Source: Trichoplax adhaerens
Taxonomy: Eukaryota; Animalia; Placozoa
Length of the DNA: 64,000 nt
NCBI RefSeq assembly: GCF_000150275.1
Contig: NW_002060944.1
Span: 4,964,123 to 5,028,122, forward strand
Direction: 5' to 3'
Made by a program: the position numbers and the translations under genes. This document shows, in pieces, positions 12,715 through 27,100 of the stretch (the stretch's first letter is position 1; each line of letters starts with the position of its first letter). The notes under the pieces are model-generated. The model saw nothing but the letters and a program-made list of their open reading frames with translations, made no database searches and was not told the DNA's origin.

Positions 12715-15700
12715 TCATTTATTTAGTTTCGATTTAGCGGCTGCAAATACTTTCGGTCTTATTGTGGCCAAGCTAATTAACATCGCCTCCTGTAGGTAAA
12801 AATTCACAGTTTTATTACAGTAATATAAAATACCTTCAAATGTTCTCAAACAAAAATTCATGATTGCTATGAAATGTTTACCTCAGTTCTGATAATTCGG
12901 CTTCCTTGTCCAGGACAGGTATTTAAATAATAATCAAATAGTAAGCGTATATCTGATAAACGCAAGGATTCATCACTTTCCAAGGCTGCTTCAAGCCCAG
13001 AAAGTCCTCCAAAGGCTATTAAAATATGTCTAATAAATAGCGTTGATATTACGGTGTGAGATTACAAATTGCATACTAATGCTAGTTAACCTTTCTACGG
13101 TATCTATCGAGTAAACATTTGACTGGTAATAATTATAATTCCTCCTAATAAGATACTGAGTGTGGATTGCTCCAAATACCCTACTAGTAGACTGTATTCG
13201 TTATCATACAGATTCAAGGGCATCTCGTAACGACTATTTAGTCATACGTATTTGCGCATACTTAAAAGAAGACAAATTTAACTCTTCCATAGAGTCACCT
13301 CCATCTGATGTTCCTATACTTAAATCATAGCCACCCTAATACACAAGTGAAGGAAAAGAATTTTATCATAAAAGGTACTACATATACAGTCTAAATAAAA
13401 AATCACGTGTTAAAGACTATACAGTAGAATGAGTAGCAAACCTCATAAGGACATTCTGTAATGGCCGCACCTAAGCTTCGTGCAACTCGAACTCTATAGC
13501 CCCAATATATACCTGCATCCATCCGTGGAGCATCAGCACTAACAACTGTACCTTTGTAAGTTTTACTATCTATTTCATAAAACAAAAAGCGGATGTTACT
13601 TAGGGCGTATAATTACACGGCTAGACTTGTAGTGATCAAATGTAACGTGCTAATCGCATGAAAGGATTTCGCATTCATGCAAAATCATGTTATATTTAGA
13701 TAAGCAAACCTGAAGATTGTTCAGAATCCAATTTGACCGTTACTCTTAAGCCGGATTGAAGTTGTCGATCAATCCTTACCTCCTTAAAATGATATTCAGA
13801 ACAAGTTTATAACGAAGACATTGACTCAAAAAAATGGTACGATGTTGAATGGCATCATTATACAACAGAAATATTGTGAATATACATGTAGTGATTGCTT
13901 ATCCAATCTGATTGTTATCATACCTTCCTCATACCACAGTTTACTAATGAACCCTTTTTACCGACGGGTCTGTCCAATGTGACACCTTCCCTGTATGGTA
14001 CGTCTTCATCAATAAGCATGTGATGTGTGGAATTCAAGGGGTTCAATAGGCCTATCAAAAAAGGTTTATCTAGCGTTAATCCAGTCTTCTCACTTAAATT
14101 AGAATTATCTACTTGAAATGATATTACTGTACATAACAGAAACATATTTACCGGCATAACGTAAATCAGGATGCTTTGGGAAAAAAAATTTCCTCAGGTA
14201 TCTAGAAAATGTTGAAGAGAAAGACATGGATAAAATTATGAATCAATCTTGTCTTGATATGTAGTTGACTATAAGAAAGAATCCTACGCTGTATTTAAAA
14301 AAAAAACGTACTGGGGACATTCTAAGTACTGTAAAATATTAGCCAAAACTTTGTTAGGATCATAGTCCTTCCTTGTAACGCCAGTAAATTCACCAACATC
14401 TTCGCTATAATTCATGTTTAGGGTAACAAAAGAATAAAGTCAGAATACACAATATACACCATATTCTGTTGATTAAGCCGTATTACAAAGTGTGGCACTT
14501 ACTTAACAGTCTTGCCGCTCTCATCGAATATTACTACTTCGTCAACCTCAAAAATTACTAAAGCCCTTGCAATCTTTTGGCACAAAATAGAATTAATTAG
14601 TGTACAAGATATCCATACCTATTGATATTGACTGAAAATGATCGCCTACTTGTCCAGCTAAATAAGTACGTAATTCCGGAGACTGAGCATTGTTTAAAAT
14701 AGAGCCAGGCACGGCAACAGAAACAGTGTACGGGCGTCCTAAAAGGTGAGAAAGTTTGAAGTATCGAAACTCTTAATACTTTGGTATAATAATAAAATGG
14801 AGAGGAGTCTCAGGCAAAATGGTAAATCTGTAGCAAGTCGAACATAATTAATTATCCTTGACAGTTTACTAGAAAATAAGCTTCAAAGGCTAAGTATCCA
14901 TATTGCAAATAACTTGTGATAAGAATAGTGTATCGGTAGTGAAATATGGCATAAGTCGTAGTATTGCCATTTTCAATCCAGTAAATGTTACAAGTATTGC
15001 AATATTAAAGTACTCAGTTCGATTCCTATACCTTGTTGTAAAAATGCAGAACATCCGAATCTGCAACTATTAACGCACCTTTATTTTCGCTAGCAATATT
15101 GTTATCAGCAGCCTGAATATTGTTATTAATATTGGGCGCTTTTTGATCTCCTGCGGCTTGTACGTGGAGCTGAGCAGCCTCCTTAGTTATCGTTTTATCC
15201 TTCTTTTTTTTGTGTTTTGCTTTCTTTTGCTTAGCAGCCTTGTCTTTACTCTATTGATATAGAAAGAAATTGAAGTAAAATTGAGAGGAATTACTCGTTT
15301 AACACCATCGTGGCAGGTAAATTTGTATAGAACAATATACTCGTATCTAGAATTCATTACAGATCGAGCAGCAAGTGTAGCATTCGGACATATTGCATAA
15401 CAATGGAATGCAGTTATGGAATTCATGTACGAATACTTGTGCTATTATTACTATCCATCCATTACCATCCATCTTGAATACTTTTTTAATGCATGGATTA
15501 TACACGTGCTTGCATCAACATCGATCAGCCAGTGAACTGTAGAACTACTATCCTGTGTGCAATGTCTATGTAATCAACGAGTTATCATAGGCGAATTGTT
15601 ATCCTGTATGTCATGCACGCAACCAATGAGTTTTAATAAGCGATCAGTGTTTTGTAGTTTGAAAGAACGCTAGCTAAGTTTGCAGACAGCAATACTTGCG

Positions 15701-16087
15701 TAATGCGTATGTCATCTATCTCCATCATGACCTGCTGCTAAAATACTATAGCATAGCATTGGTCAATGGAGTAGGTGAAATCAATCTCTTTTCAGTCTCT
15801 TTTCAAATCAATTGCTTGTGCTGTTGTCATTTCTTGATACTATCTCCTACACAAAATGAAAAAGTGTGATCTGATGGCTGAAAGAGCTTGACCAATCAGT
15901 TTTGATTGATGATGGCGATTTGTCATCAAGCAGCTCACTCAATAACATACTACAAGTCTAGGAAAAGAGCTGCTGCTGCTGCCTGGCTGTTACTTGATTT
16001 AATACGCATGCTAAGTGGATAGAAATGATGCATTAGAATGATTTATTACCACCTATGTTGACTCACCAACTTCCCTGATTGACCCAT
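12715..16087 (-). CDS. SPOUT1: SPOUT-domain methyltransferase 1 (C9orf114/CENP-32), about 12 exons
   Basis: Lys-rich N-terminus, then GRPYTVSVAVPGSILNNAQSPELRTYLAGQIARAL, GLLNPLNSTHH, YREGVTLDRP, GIYWGYRVR, FGGLSGLE and NTCPGQGSRIIRTEEAMLISL. Start inferred from the short exon MGQSGKL (16087-16067, donor GTGAGT). Confidence 0.93.
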
Positions 16088-16910
16088 TTCGATCGGAAGT
16101 AGTTGCTATGGCTTTCCTGTTGGCAATATCATCGCAAGAGCCAAAAGGATTTTGCTCACAAGTTAGTCAGCTTTTCCAGACCTCCAGCAGTCCGTAGTGC
16201 GTACAGGACAGGCTGTACAGTGTACAGTGTACAGTACTGTATCAGCGACTATTACAGTACAGCTAGAGTAAACTGACTGAAGAAAGCGATTGTCAGTGTC
16301 GACGACTTGCTGACTATTTCTCAGGTGATTTCGACTATGGAGTACATCTAAAACTGTACACTGTACTAGCTACGCCTGGAAATGGCTACCAAGTGGGTTG
16401 CATACAGTACTGTGTGCAGTTCCAGTCTTCCGATAGAGCGAAATGATAAGTAAAATAGTCAGCCTCCCCATTTTTTTCAATGCAAAATGGTTGACAGTCC
16501 CTCTCTCACTCTTTCTTTGAGTAATGTCGTCACTGAACTGTACAGTAGTGACATTACTTTCGCTCGAGATTTTCAAAGTTGTCTACTTGTTTGACTTTAT
16601 ATTGGGTCTACGTCATCCATTGTCCTCACAATAGCCGATATCGTCGATTACTGCATAGTGTAGATAACACGAAACATCACCAACAAGGTAGTGTAGGGCA
16701 AATCATGTCATTAGTTATGCTTTGACGCAAAATCACTGTCAGTAGGTGACGCCATTTCTTATCCTGACACTACTATCTGTACTAGAGTGTGCTAATCCAA
16801 TGTCTAGAGTGGGCAGAGTGTACTGTATTATCATTCAATCGCTAGTAGAGATCATAAAGGAACCAAACCTTTCTCAGATCTAATCGCTACAGCATCGTGA
16901 CACGCTGCAT

Positions 16911-17056
16911 TGGACGAATAACCATAGGAGGTCCAGTACGGTCCATGAAAGTATAGGTTTTATATGAAATGTCATACTAAATCATATAAATACGATTTGG
17001 ACGAATAACCATGGAGGTCCAGTACGGTCCATGGAGGTCCAGTACGGTCCATGAAA
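16911..17056. repeat. Short direct repeat GGAGGTCCAGTACGGTCCAT x3 in the SPOUT1-eIF3g intergenic region
   Basis: Copies at about 16927, 17013 and 17033. TGGACGAATAACCAT precedes two of them. Confidence 0.8.
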
Positions 17057-18317
17057 GCATACTGGACACTAACCCTAACATGAGCAGTGGACAGTAGTAA
17101 CTCATTCAGATGTCAATCGTAGACAGTAGACGGTACAGCTACGCACTTTACAGACATACGGAGTTGCGGACGCAGTTAAAACGACCGTTCCAATAATCAG
17201 CCTTGCAATGATTCGTATCGTCAATGAGCGTTTGCTGTCCCGTTCCTTTCTTTTCTTAGTTTTGAGTAGTCCCTGCAGGCTGTTACTGTGTAACTTGATC
17301 GATTTCAACTTGAAATGTGAACTCATGTAAAGTGCAAACGTCGGCCGATCAACGTTTACTGTCTGCACCTTTGCACAATCTGACTCACTCATGATAACCC
17401 AAACGCAGTTCCACCATTTCTTTCCATACAGTACGTCTAGCTAGACCCATGGCTGCTCAGATGAATTGGATAGCGCAGTACACCACTCTACCGCTTGACC
17501 GGCACAGTACATTGCGTACAGTATGTACTAAAAGCTGGCAACTCTGGTTGACAGTCAATCATACTGGAAGTGAACGTTGGCGAACGTGTACTGTTGACAG
17601 CAGTGTCAAGTCTTCTGCTCACGATACTGTACAGTGTACTAAATTGCCAACCAACAGTGGACACCTTTTTGAACATAAGACTGTACAATGGAATCCGTTT
17701 TTTTCCCCTATGATTGAAGAGTAAAAACTACAAGTAAAACGCTTCAAAAAGGCCAATCGCCATCCACCTTCCTATATAGATCAATCTCTTCTAGACAGTC
17801 CTTGTTCAAACCATGCATTTGCGATCGATTTTGTACAAATTGATGCAAAAATTGGAGTATCCAATGGATCAGTTGACTGCACTGTCCAATCGGCTTCCTT
17901 ATACAGGACGTTCAAAAGGATATCACTAGTCATGGGTGACATTATTTCTCATCCTGGACCTAATGTGGTACATAATATAGTAGTATATGGTGTGCTAATT
18001 TAATGTCTACAGCCGTCATCGTCGGTCCCATTGGTACCGTGGCCGAGAGGGGCCACTGCTCTACAGTGCACTACTCCTGTGGCCAAATGATACACAGTAG
18101 AGGAGGAGTGCAGTGTGGACTATACTTGTCTGTGTGGTGTTTGAGTACTGAGACAATGTCCACAGTCCAGAGTACAGTAAAGAAAGTACTGTACTCACTT
18201 TCGCCCACTGGACAAATGGACGGTCGGACAACGGACGACCTGTGCGCCACACCAACGTGGTGTCCTAGTGGTAAAGCGATACGGTCTACCGCTATACAAG
18301 GTCTGATACAAAACGAA

Positions 18318-20188
18318 ATGCCAATCATGGACAACGACATGGTAGAGTAAGTTGGATCCATTTGAACATTCTCCATCATCGTCTATATTTGTTGTCGAGT
18401 TAGGCCATAATATAGATAGTATCTCATTTTCTTTTCTCATTTCAATTGTAGTTCCAACGCAACGTGGGGAGAAAGAATGGAAAATGAGGGTTAGTTGATG
18501 ATGATATCGTCTAGATAATGGATGCAGTAATATTTGGCATGCAACCATCGGTAGTCCATCTAGCCGGCTTTTCATCATGCTAGTTGGTGCTAAATTGTTG
18601 ATGACAAGGGGTGTTGATATTTCGTGTTGATTTACATTACTAATGAAATAAAGTAGATGTAGACGTTATGAAGTAGAGGATGAGTGGAGAGACTATTTTA
18701 CCAATTTCAAGATTGCTTGTCCTATCTAGACGATGAGTCCTCAAGTCCTAAGGTGGAAATTCTGGATAACGGTATTAAAATCGTAGAAGAAGAGAGAACA
18801 GAGGGCAACAGAAAATTTCTGGTAAGATCCTATCGTTGTTATGCTTGCTATTCGCTGTTATCACAGCCACCTTGAAAATGAAAATGTTCAATCTACCAGA
18901 TAGCAAAGAGTAACGCTTTCATACTACTGTACTCAATTGTTGATCTTCAACAAAGTCTTGAAGACTAATGCCGATGTATGATGGCTAATGCTTGTAGGTT
19001 AAACGAACATTTCGCATTGAAAACAAGAGAGTTCCTAAACCGGTTGCTGAAAGAAAGGTAGGACAATTGACCGACAAATAAATTATCAACTCCATTTGAT
19101 GACAGTTGGAATGCTGACGTGCGGCCATTCCATTGACGACTTGAAACGCTTGTGATAATGATTTGTCCATGCTTTGCAATAGGCTTGGAAGAAATTTGGT
19201 GCATCTACTGAAGATCCTAAAGGTCCTAGTTCTAGTACGACTAAAGTTGCTGAAGACACCTTCTTAGCATTTATAACAAATCGTGAAGTAAGTACAACCA
19301 CATACACTATTCAATACTAGCAACCGATAAAAGCATGAATTATCTTATTGGACTATAGGATAACAGTGACGAAAAGTCATTAAACAATATACCAAAAGAA
19401 AGATTTGGAACCTACAAAGCACCTTTTGCCGCTAATAAAGGTAATTAGTATGGATGATAAATACAGTACCTATCATTCAGTATTTCTCCAAAAACTTTTT
19501 CATCTGCTGTATGGCATCAATTTATAACCTTTATCCATCTTACGTAGAAAATGCACGAAGTGAATTGTCTAGGATGGCCAGTAGTCAATTGGGAGTTGAC
19601 AGTAAATATGTTGTACCAAGTCGAAGATTTGGAGGTAGTCAACTTGGTGACACTCTGGAATTATACAAGAGAGGTAAATTATAATTTTACTGTAGTATAT
19701 TTTAACCAGGTATCATGGTACAACTTTATTATCATAATCTTTCGTAGACGATCAGAATACAGTCCGTGTATCCAACTTATCCGAGGATGCCGACGAAGCC
19801 GATCTTACTGACTTATTTAGACATTTTGGTCAAATATCCAGAGTTTTTCTCGTTCGTGACAAAAAAACGCGTCGCTCAAAGGTCTTTTTAATCCTAAACT
19901 ATTCTCTTAATGAGTATTGCGTAGAAATTGACCACTTGAAACTTACTAATCAACATTTTCAATGTTTGCATCTTTTTATACAGTGCTTTGCTTTCATTAA
20001 TTATAAGAATCGTGAAGATGCAGCATATGCCATATCTCAGTTAAATGGTTTCGCTTATGATCACTTACTCTTGGACGTCGAATGGGCAAAGTAAGATTTG
20101 AAAATGTTTCTTACGTGGCATAATACAGAGAAATTGATGCTTATATCAATATTTCCCATTTCTTAATTGCAGGCCTCCTTCAAATTAA
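18318..20188 (+). CDS. EIF3G: Eukaryotic translation initiation factor 3 subunit G, 10 exons
   Basis: TWGERME, KRTFRIE, AWKKFGAS...DPKGP, SKYVVPS and C-terminal RRM NTVRVSNLSEDA...DLFRHFGQISRVFLVRDKKT...FAFINY...GFAYDHLLLDVEWAKPPSN*. Splice phases are consistent. Confidence 0.95.
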
Positions 20189-21201
20189 TTTGGTTTTTCC
20201 AATTTGTATCAATATTGTCGTATATATTAAGAGTCTTAATTAATTAATGCAATAACATATTGGTAAAATAAATTAAAACCCTATAAAATCAAGATCTAGA
20301 CTTTTTTTCTATGCATAAAGCTTTTGTATCACAAGCTATTAATTAAAATAGTGACTAAATTCAAATTCGTATCGTGTTGCAAGCCAAAGTTGCGCATGCA
20401 TTATTACTCCTGATACTTGGAATCATTAAGATGCTCATCTACTCTACTAAAGAATCTCTATGGATAAATGATAGAAAAAGCATAGCGCTACTTCGTAAAG
20501 ACAGTATAACTACCACTGGAATAATGCATGAATGTTAGTGTACTTCTTTACTATTGTCTATATAATTACGTAAAGTCAGTTTAGTAATGCCTTTTTGTCG
20601 ATAAATGTATAAATTTACTTATGTAGGAACTTATTTTGTCGATACATATCGATATATATAATAAAAGTCACTTTAGAATTCACATTTTTTGCTTGAATAC
20701 AAGAATATAAAAATATTTTCTAATTGAACAGTAAATATTAGATAACATGTAATCAAATCACATGAAAATTTGAGGTTGCACTTTAATACAGTAGTCTGAA
20801 GCTGACTTCTATATAAAGCCTAAAAACTTTCAATACAATACTAACATTGCTTGAGGCTATAATCGTCAACAGCAAGAATCAATTTTAGATAAATAGGTTA
20901 AAGAACCAATATTATATGTCTGTACCGTATACAAGTGCAACGCTCTTACATATGATACTGATCAGAATAACACAACGAGATGAAGTTCATTTCGCCAGCG
21001 AGACATTAGTGATGGAGCAAAATAAGCGTAGATTACAACAGCATTCGGTTTTTGCAACGTTGATTCTAACTAGTACTTTACGAATAATAAATGTGCTACT
21101 GCTTTCCTTTTTATTTCATAATCCATCTATTAAGCCTACAGCACACCCGTGATAAATTGATAATGTTCTAATTGTATCAAGATGTACAAAATCTTTAAAA
21201 A

Positions 21202-23824
21202 TTATTTAATTGACCAGAAAGTCGTTGGTTTATTTTTTGCGTCCCTTTCCCTTTTCGCAAACCCGGAAAACGATGAAATGCAATTTACAATGGCATGTTC
21301 AGCTCTGCCAATAATTGCCAGCTCAACATGAGGCTCGGGGGGATTCAGGCTTACAATTCTAATCTAAAATTTTGAAAGAAATGAACGGTATAATCAGCGT
21401 GTTGTTATTTTCCCTAAAAGTCTAATATCATCATCATCTGACAGATTAACTCGTATAAGTATCTACGTCCATACCTGCTCCTTTTTAAATTTCTGCTCTA
21501 ATCTATCTCGTACGCTACTTTCGTCCGTTGCAATAAAAACATTGGTAACGTTATACTTTCGGGCAATCCGTTTAGTCTGTCTGAAAATGTCATTTTCAGA
21601 CGGATAACATACTTTATACGGTATTGGCTTGACGTTATTATCTCCATAACACTGTGGCGATTCCATATAATTTTTAGCCTCGTGATCTTTTAAATGTTGG
21701 CAGGCCGATTTCTTAAGATGAATTAAATTAAATTTCGCAAAATCCACGGTTAGTCTTAGGCTATTATTTGATGGCTTATAATGCAATTCGTTATGTTACT
21801 TATAAACATTCAGTCATTGCGTACCCAATCTGAACCCATTCTTAAATGAATAGCAACAAATCGCTGCTTATCTAAGGAATCCTTTATGAAAGTCTTTACT
21901 TTTCCGGATATAAATTTAGACCATTTAACATACTTGTGCAATAGCCGGTCGTGTGCTTTAACCGGAAAATCGCCTGGTGGGCCAGAGAAAGCCATCACTG
22001 GGTACTTTTCTGCTGGAAAACTATCATTACATGGACCGTAAGTGAAACAGTTTGAATTTGAGCAGTACGTAAAATTAGATAATAACGTTACAATGATAAT
22101 AGCTAATCCAAGCAATCATATCCAGATTGCTATTGTGACATCATAACAAGATTTGAATTTAATTTATTGCAAACTGTATTTACTTTTGATTCCAAGCTGA
22201 ACGAACGTGCTCATTAAATGAATAATAAGCGTTGCCACCACCAATCCTATTTCCATACTCTACGTACGATTTGAATTGAATTTCAAAATGATTCCAAAAT
22301 GGACCAAATGGATTGCCCTCCTTCATTGCACACTAAAGTATTAAAGCAATTGCATAATCGATTCATTCCAATAAGTATTATTACAGTTACTGTAGTGGTC
22401 TACTATGCACAACACAGTCAAAACTTTAATCACCGTGATTTTATAAGATTAGAAAAATTAATCATCTTTATAACAGTATCCATACAATATCTCAAGGATA
22501 TAGTAAATAGAGACCGACATGTATGACTATAATACCTGTTTATTCTCTCTGTAGTAAAAGTATTATTACAGTTACAGTAGTGGCCTACTATGCACAACAC
22601 AGTCAAAACTTTAATCACCGTGATTTTATAAAATTAGAAAAATTAATCATCTTTATAACAGTATCCATACAATATCTCAAGGATATAGTAAATAGAGATG
22701 GACATATATGACTATAATACCTGCTTATTCTCTCTGTAGTAAAAGCAAAATCCGATCCGTTTGTTGGGTGGCCAAACAGTGGCAGCAAGATTACTCATGA
22801 ATGTTTCCATGGTGATAACACGATGGTATTGGCTTAGAGGCTGTACTCGAATATATTTATCGAAAGGAATTTGAACCTTCCAATTTCAATTAAAATAGGC
22901 AATATAGTTACCAATAATCAAATGAATCAATTGCCAAAGCTAGGAAATCCGTTCTATAAGCATGTCATACAGTACAATACTCTACTATATCGTATAAAGA
23001 TCAATACTACAGTATGGTATTATCAATATTAATTTACAGATGTTCCAGGGCTCCATTCAGGGTATTCAACCCATGGGGGTAAAATTAATGTTCTATTCAA
23101 TCCACGAGAAAATGAGAGAGAGCCTAGAAACTGATCAGCTTGATTACCCCAGCGACCTAGGATAAGCAAAGTTGATATTAGTATTTGCTAATACACCTGC
23201 ATTTTTCTAGCTGCAACTTTTTCAATAGGAAGGATTATAATTATCGAGAATTGACATATCTGTCCAGTAATCCATATTTCAATTCAAGTGTACTGATCGG
23301 AAATTCATGGCATTGTACACTTATCATGACATAGTAGAGCAATTACACTTGCAGCATGATTGTATAGGCGTATAGTCTATCAAAATTGAATTTTATTTAT
23401 AGGTATAATATTGTGATTACTGACTAACTGGAACGATCGCTTTAATAAGCGTGTAATCAATAATAATTGTTAGCTCATTCTGTTGATGCTACTACTTGTC
23501 ATCAACTGTACACTGTAGAGTACTGAAGCCAATGTCAACAAGGTGAGCAGCAGCATGCATTCTTAAACTGATAGTGTTGAATTATCAGCGGGTAGAGTAT
23601 GAACATTTCTTGACACAATCCATACAATCTGGATTTACTAAGGTAGACTTACCCATACATGGACAGTAGGCAATATATCCGTTTGGATCAATAGCAATAG
23701 CTTGACCTACGTTGGCTTGATTGTCTTGATGTGCTGGATATTGCGTGCAAGAGCCAAAGTTGATATCAAAAGGTACCACCAAGTGGATGGTTATCCATGT
23801 CAAGAGACACTTGTAATAGTGCAT
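21202..23824 (-). CDS. POFUT1: GDP-fucose protein O-fucosyltransferase 1, 7 exons
   Basis: Signal peptide, [70 protein letters not shown] and [14 protein letters not shown]. Confidence 0.96.
22373..22745. repeat. Near-identical tandem duplication of about 185 bp spanning a POFUT1 exon 3' end and donor
   Basis: AAGTATTATTACAGTTAC...AATACCTGxTTATTCTCTCTGTAGTAAAAG is repeated twice with few substitutions. Confidence 0.95.
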
Positions 23825-24143
23825 GAGTATCTTGTATGTTGTGATCCTACGTGTAATTTTCAATAACTTCCGATTTGACGATGGTTTTAAGTGACTATTT
23901 TCAGCATTGCAGATCGAAATCAGAAATGAGAATGGAGCTACAGCAGCAGACTTTCCACAGCAACATACAGTACAGTACAGTACAGTACAGGGCCTTCTGT
24001 GTACTGTAGGGGGGCGGTACAATACTGTACTGTACTGTATCATTATTACGGTACAGTACTGTACTATAGATTCGATACAGTTCATTTGAACTACCGTCTA
24101 CTTTTCCGTTGCCATTTGCAACCAAGATCAAGCTCTATCTACC
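23825..24143. promoter_or_regulatory. Bidirectional promoter POFUT1/PTPA
   Basis: The two start codons are divergent and about 320 bp apart. The interval has a GC box (GGGGGGCGGT, about 24009) flanked by CAGTA/TACTG pentamer runs. Confidence 0.7.
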
Positions 24144-27100
24144 ATGGCGACCAACGCTGAAAGTCAAGGTTAGTCTACGTGATAAATCGGCTTACAAGCG
24201 ACGATATATCCAATGATATCGTCAATAAATAGCCTCTGATGTTATTAAAGGTATCTACTGTTTTCAAATGCTTCAAGGCAAAACATTCATCCAACCGAAG
24301 AGAGAAATACTCTCCATGATGGACATGGCCAAATGGTTGCAATCATCGGTAAATTGTCAATATTTTGCTAAGTAGTATCTCTTCAAACTTGTCGGTAGAT
24401 CTTGTTTTGCTAATTAGGCCACTATCCCAGACTTGCATGACCCAGTTTAAAACAGACACGATTGAAAAATGCATTTAACGTCACCAAATTAGGCAATCTT
24501 CTTCATTGATTACCATTGATATCAATAGTAGAATACGTACAACGATGCTACAATCGATACATGCCCACAGTTTGTTATTCTTCTTGTCAATGATCAAAAT
24601 CGTGAAATCTCTCCTTGCATGCAATACAAACAGACGAAGAAATCGACTGTAATATCACTTACAGTGTACAGTATGTTATCCCATTACTTACCAAAGGTGC
24701 ATTTGTAGATGACATTGGCACATACGAATAATAACACCACAGCATTACAGTATTTCATTGCGTCGAGGTATACTATACCCGTATGTACACATTGTACAGC
24801 ATTGTAGGCAAATTTGTAATTATGTTGCTATATATCTTTTAAATGGTGAATGAGATAGATGTTCCTTGCTATACATTAGGCTTATGCGGAATTACTGGGA
24901 TTTATACAATCGCTTAATATGGCAATTAGAAACAAGAAAATTTCAGACGATTTTCCAAAATCAGAGGTACTTAAGCATCATACAAAGCTGTCCGTAGGGG
25001 TCATCTGACTACTTAATAAAATGAAGATTGGATTGATATCTCGAGAAGGAAAGAGTAGTATTTTTGTAAATAATCATATAGCTTAATTCTGTATCTAGGC
25101 TACCAAACAAATGCTACAGATTCTTGATACTTTGGATCAATGGACCGAAGAAATTAAGCCAATAGATCAACCTCAACGTTTCGGTAATGCCGCATTTAGG
25201 GATTGGCGGAATAGACTATGTGAGGTAATACAGGATATTGATGAAAGGTATCGTCTTTAAATTTGCGACTGTCATCATGGAGTTATAAAACTAGAAATAA
25301 TAAGATCGCAAGATCCACTTGGACCTGAAAACGTTATTGAATTTAGTTTACATCAACAACTAAAGCGTACTTGCAGGATCATGTTTTAGCTGTTATACAG
25401 CCATTTGTGCTCAGCCAGCATATTCTTGTCATATTTAAATATTTCGATTACACTCGATTAGAAAGCGGATGACCTAATTACCCCATTGCTACCTGATGAT
25501 GCTAAAGAATCAATAATAGAACTTAAAGCCTACTGGAAAGGTATAACCGTAACTGTTGTTGCTCACGTTTTACTCGGATTGCATTCAATATCTTTTATTC
25601 ATTCTTATTTTCTGTTTCTCATCTATGCGAATTTTGTTCTTGAAGAAAGCTTTGGTAACGCTACTAGGATTGATTACGGATCAGGTATGCTTAACTATCA
25701 AAACTGAATTTAATTTCTAATTGATTACAATTTAAAGACATTGATTAATTAACAATGAATATAGGATTATGAATGTTCATGGATGTTTAAAAAACTATCG
25801 TAATCTCGCTTAATAACATCACCATCTTTTATAATATGCTATCAAAGGCCATGAACTTTCTTTCGTTGCCTTCCTCTTTTGTTTATGCAAGCTGGAAGTG
25901 TTTCATGAAAGCGATTGTTGTTCTCTGGTTTTACAAGTCTTTAATAGGTTTCTATCACTTTTTATTATCTTCGTTGTTAGTTGAGACCCATACTATATGA
26001 GTACTAGTTGTAGGCTTCATTTTTACTTTACACTAGCGTAGTCATAGGTAATTTTTAATGATTATGTCTTGTGTTGACTAGGTACCTTGATGTTGTAAGA
26101 AATTTACAATCTAGATATAGGATGGAACCAGCAGGTAGTCACGGGGTATGGGGATTGGATGATTTTCAATTCCTTTCCTATTTATGGGGTAGTTCACAAT
26201 TAATAGGTAGGATGAGTGTACCATCATTCGTGTCTATTATACCAGTTACTCGTCTGATAAAAGCGAACACAATCATTCAAACTCGTATAATTTTGTTAAT
26301 TATCGTCAGTTTATATTTCATTATATCTTCAATGCGTCATGTTATTTAGATCACCCTACGATTCTACCAAAGTCCTTTGTAGACCCAAAGATTTGTCAAG
26401 AAAATGCCCACGAATATATGTTTTTAGACTGCATTAATTTCATTAATAAGGTAATCTTTACATGAATCTAGCGAAAAATATAATATTATTTTAAATATAA
26501 TAATTAATTATCTATAACTAACTTATCCTGTAATTATCGTGTATCTTTCAAATTAATAGATGAAAACGGGTCCGTTTGCTGAACATTCTAATCAGTTATG
26601 GGGTATTAGTGGTGTACTGTATTGGGCTAAAGTCAATTCTGGCTTAATTAAAATGTTCAAAGCCGAAGTAAGTTGGCTTTACTTTTGTGACTGTAATGTT
26701 CATATCATGTATAATTTTTTATAGATCCTTTAATTATTTTCAGTCAGTTCGAAATTATTCGAACAAGTTTACCAATACCCTTTACCTCAAAGGAACTACT
26801 CTACAATTATACTATCATTTAAAATCCTTACGTTAGTATTACCGGAAGAGGCGTATAATACTTTAATAGGGTAGGAATAAGATACCACGCTTTTATGAAA
26901 ATCTACCAACTTTAATTCAATAGAAATAACAACAATTACTGATAATTGTCCTCTACAGTTAGTGAACAATAATAACTTTATTGTACTGCATGACAGTAAA
27001 TTGATGACCGGATAGCTATTACCTATAAATGAAATTGTTTATAATTGTACACCACAGTAGTATATTTAGTAAGTTTCGAAATAATACGTATAGATAGGTC

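Noticed and set aside
17068-17079. Telomere-like CTAACCCTAAC (also about 59262)
   Set aside because: Fewer than two full repeats; expected by chance.
17102-18379. Several 60-115 aa ORFs in the SPOUT1-eIF3g intergenic region
   Set aside because: Low-complexity translations of CAGTA/TACTG-rich promoter DNA with no family motifs.
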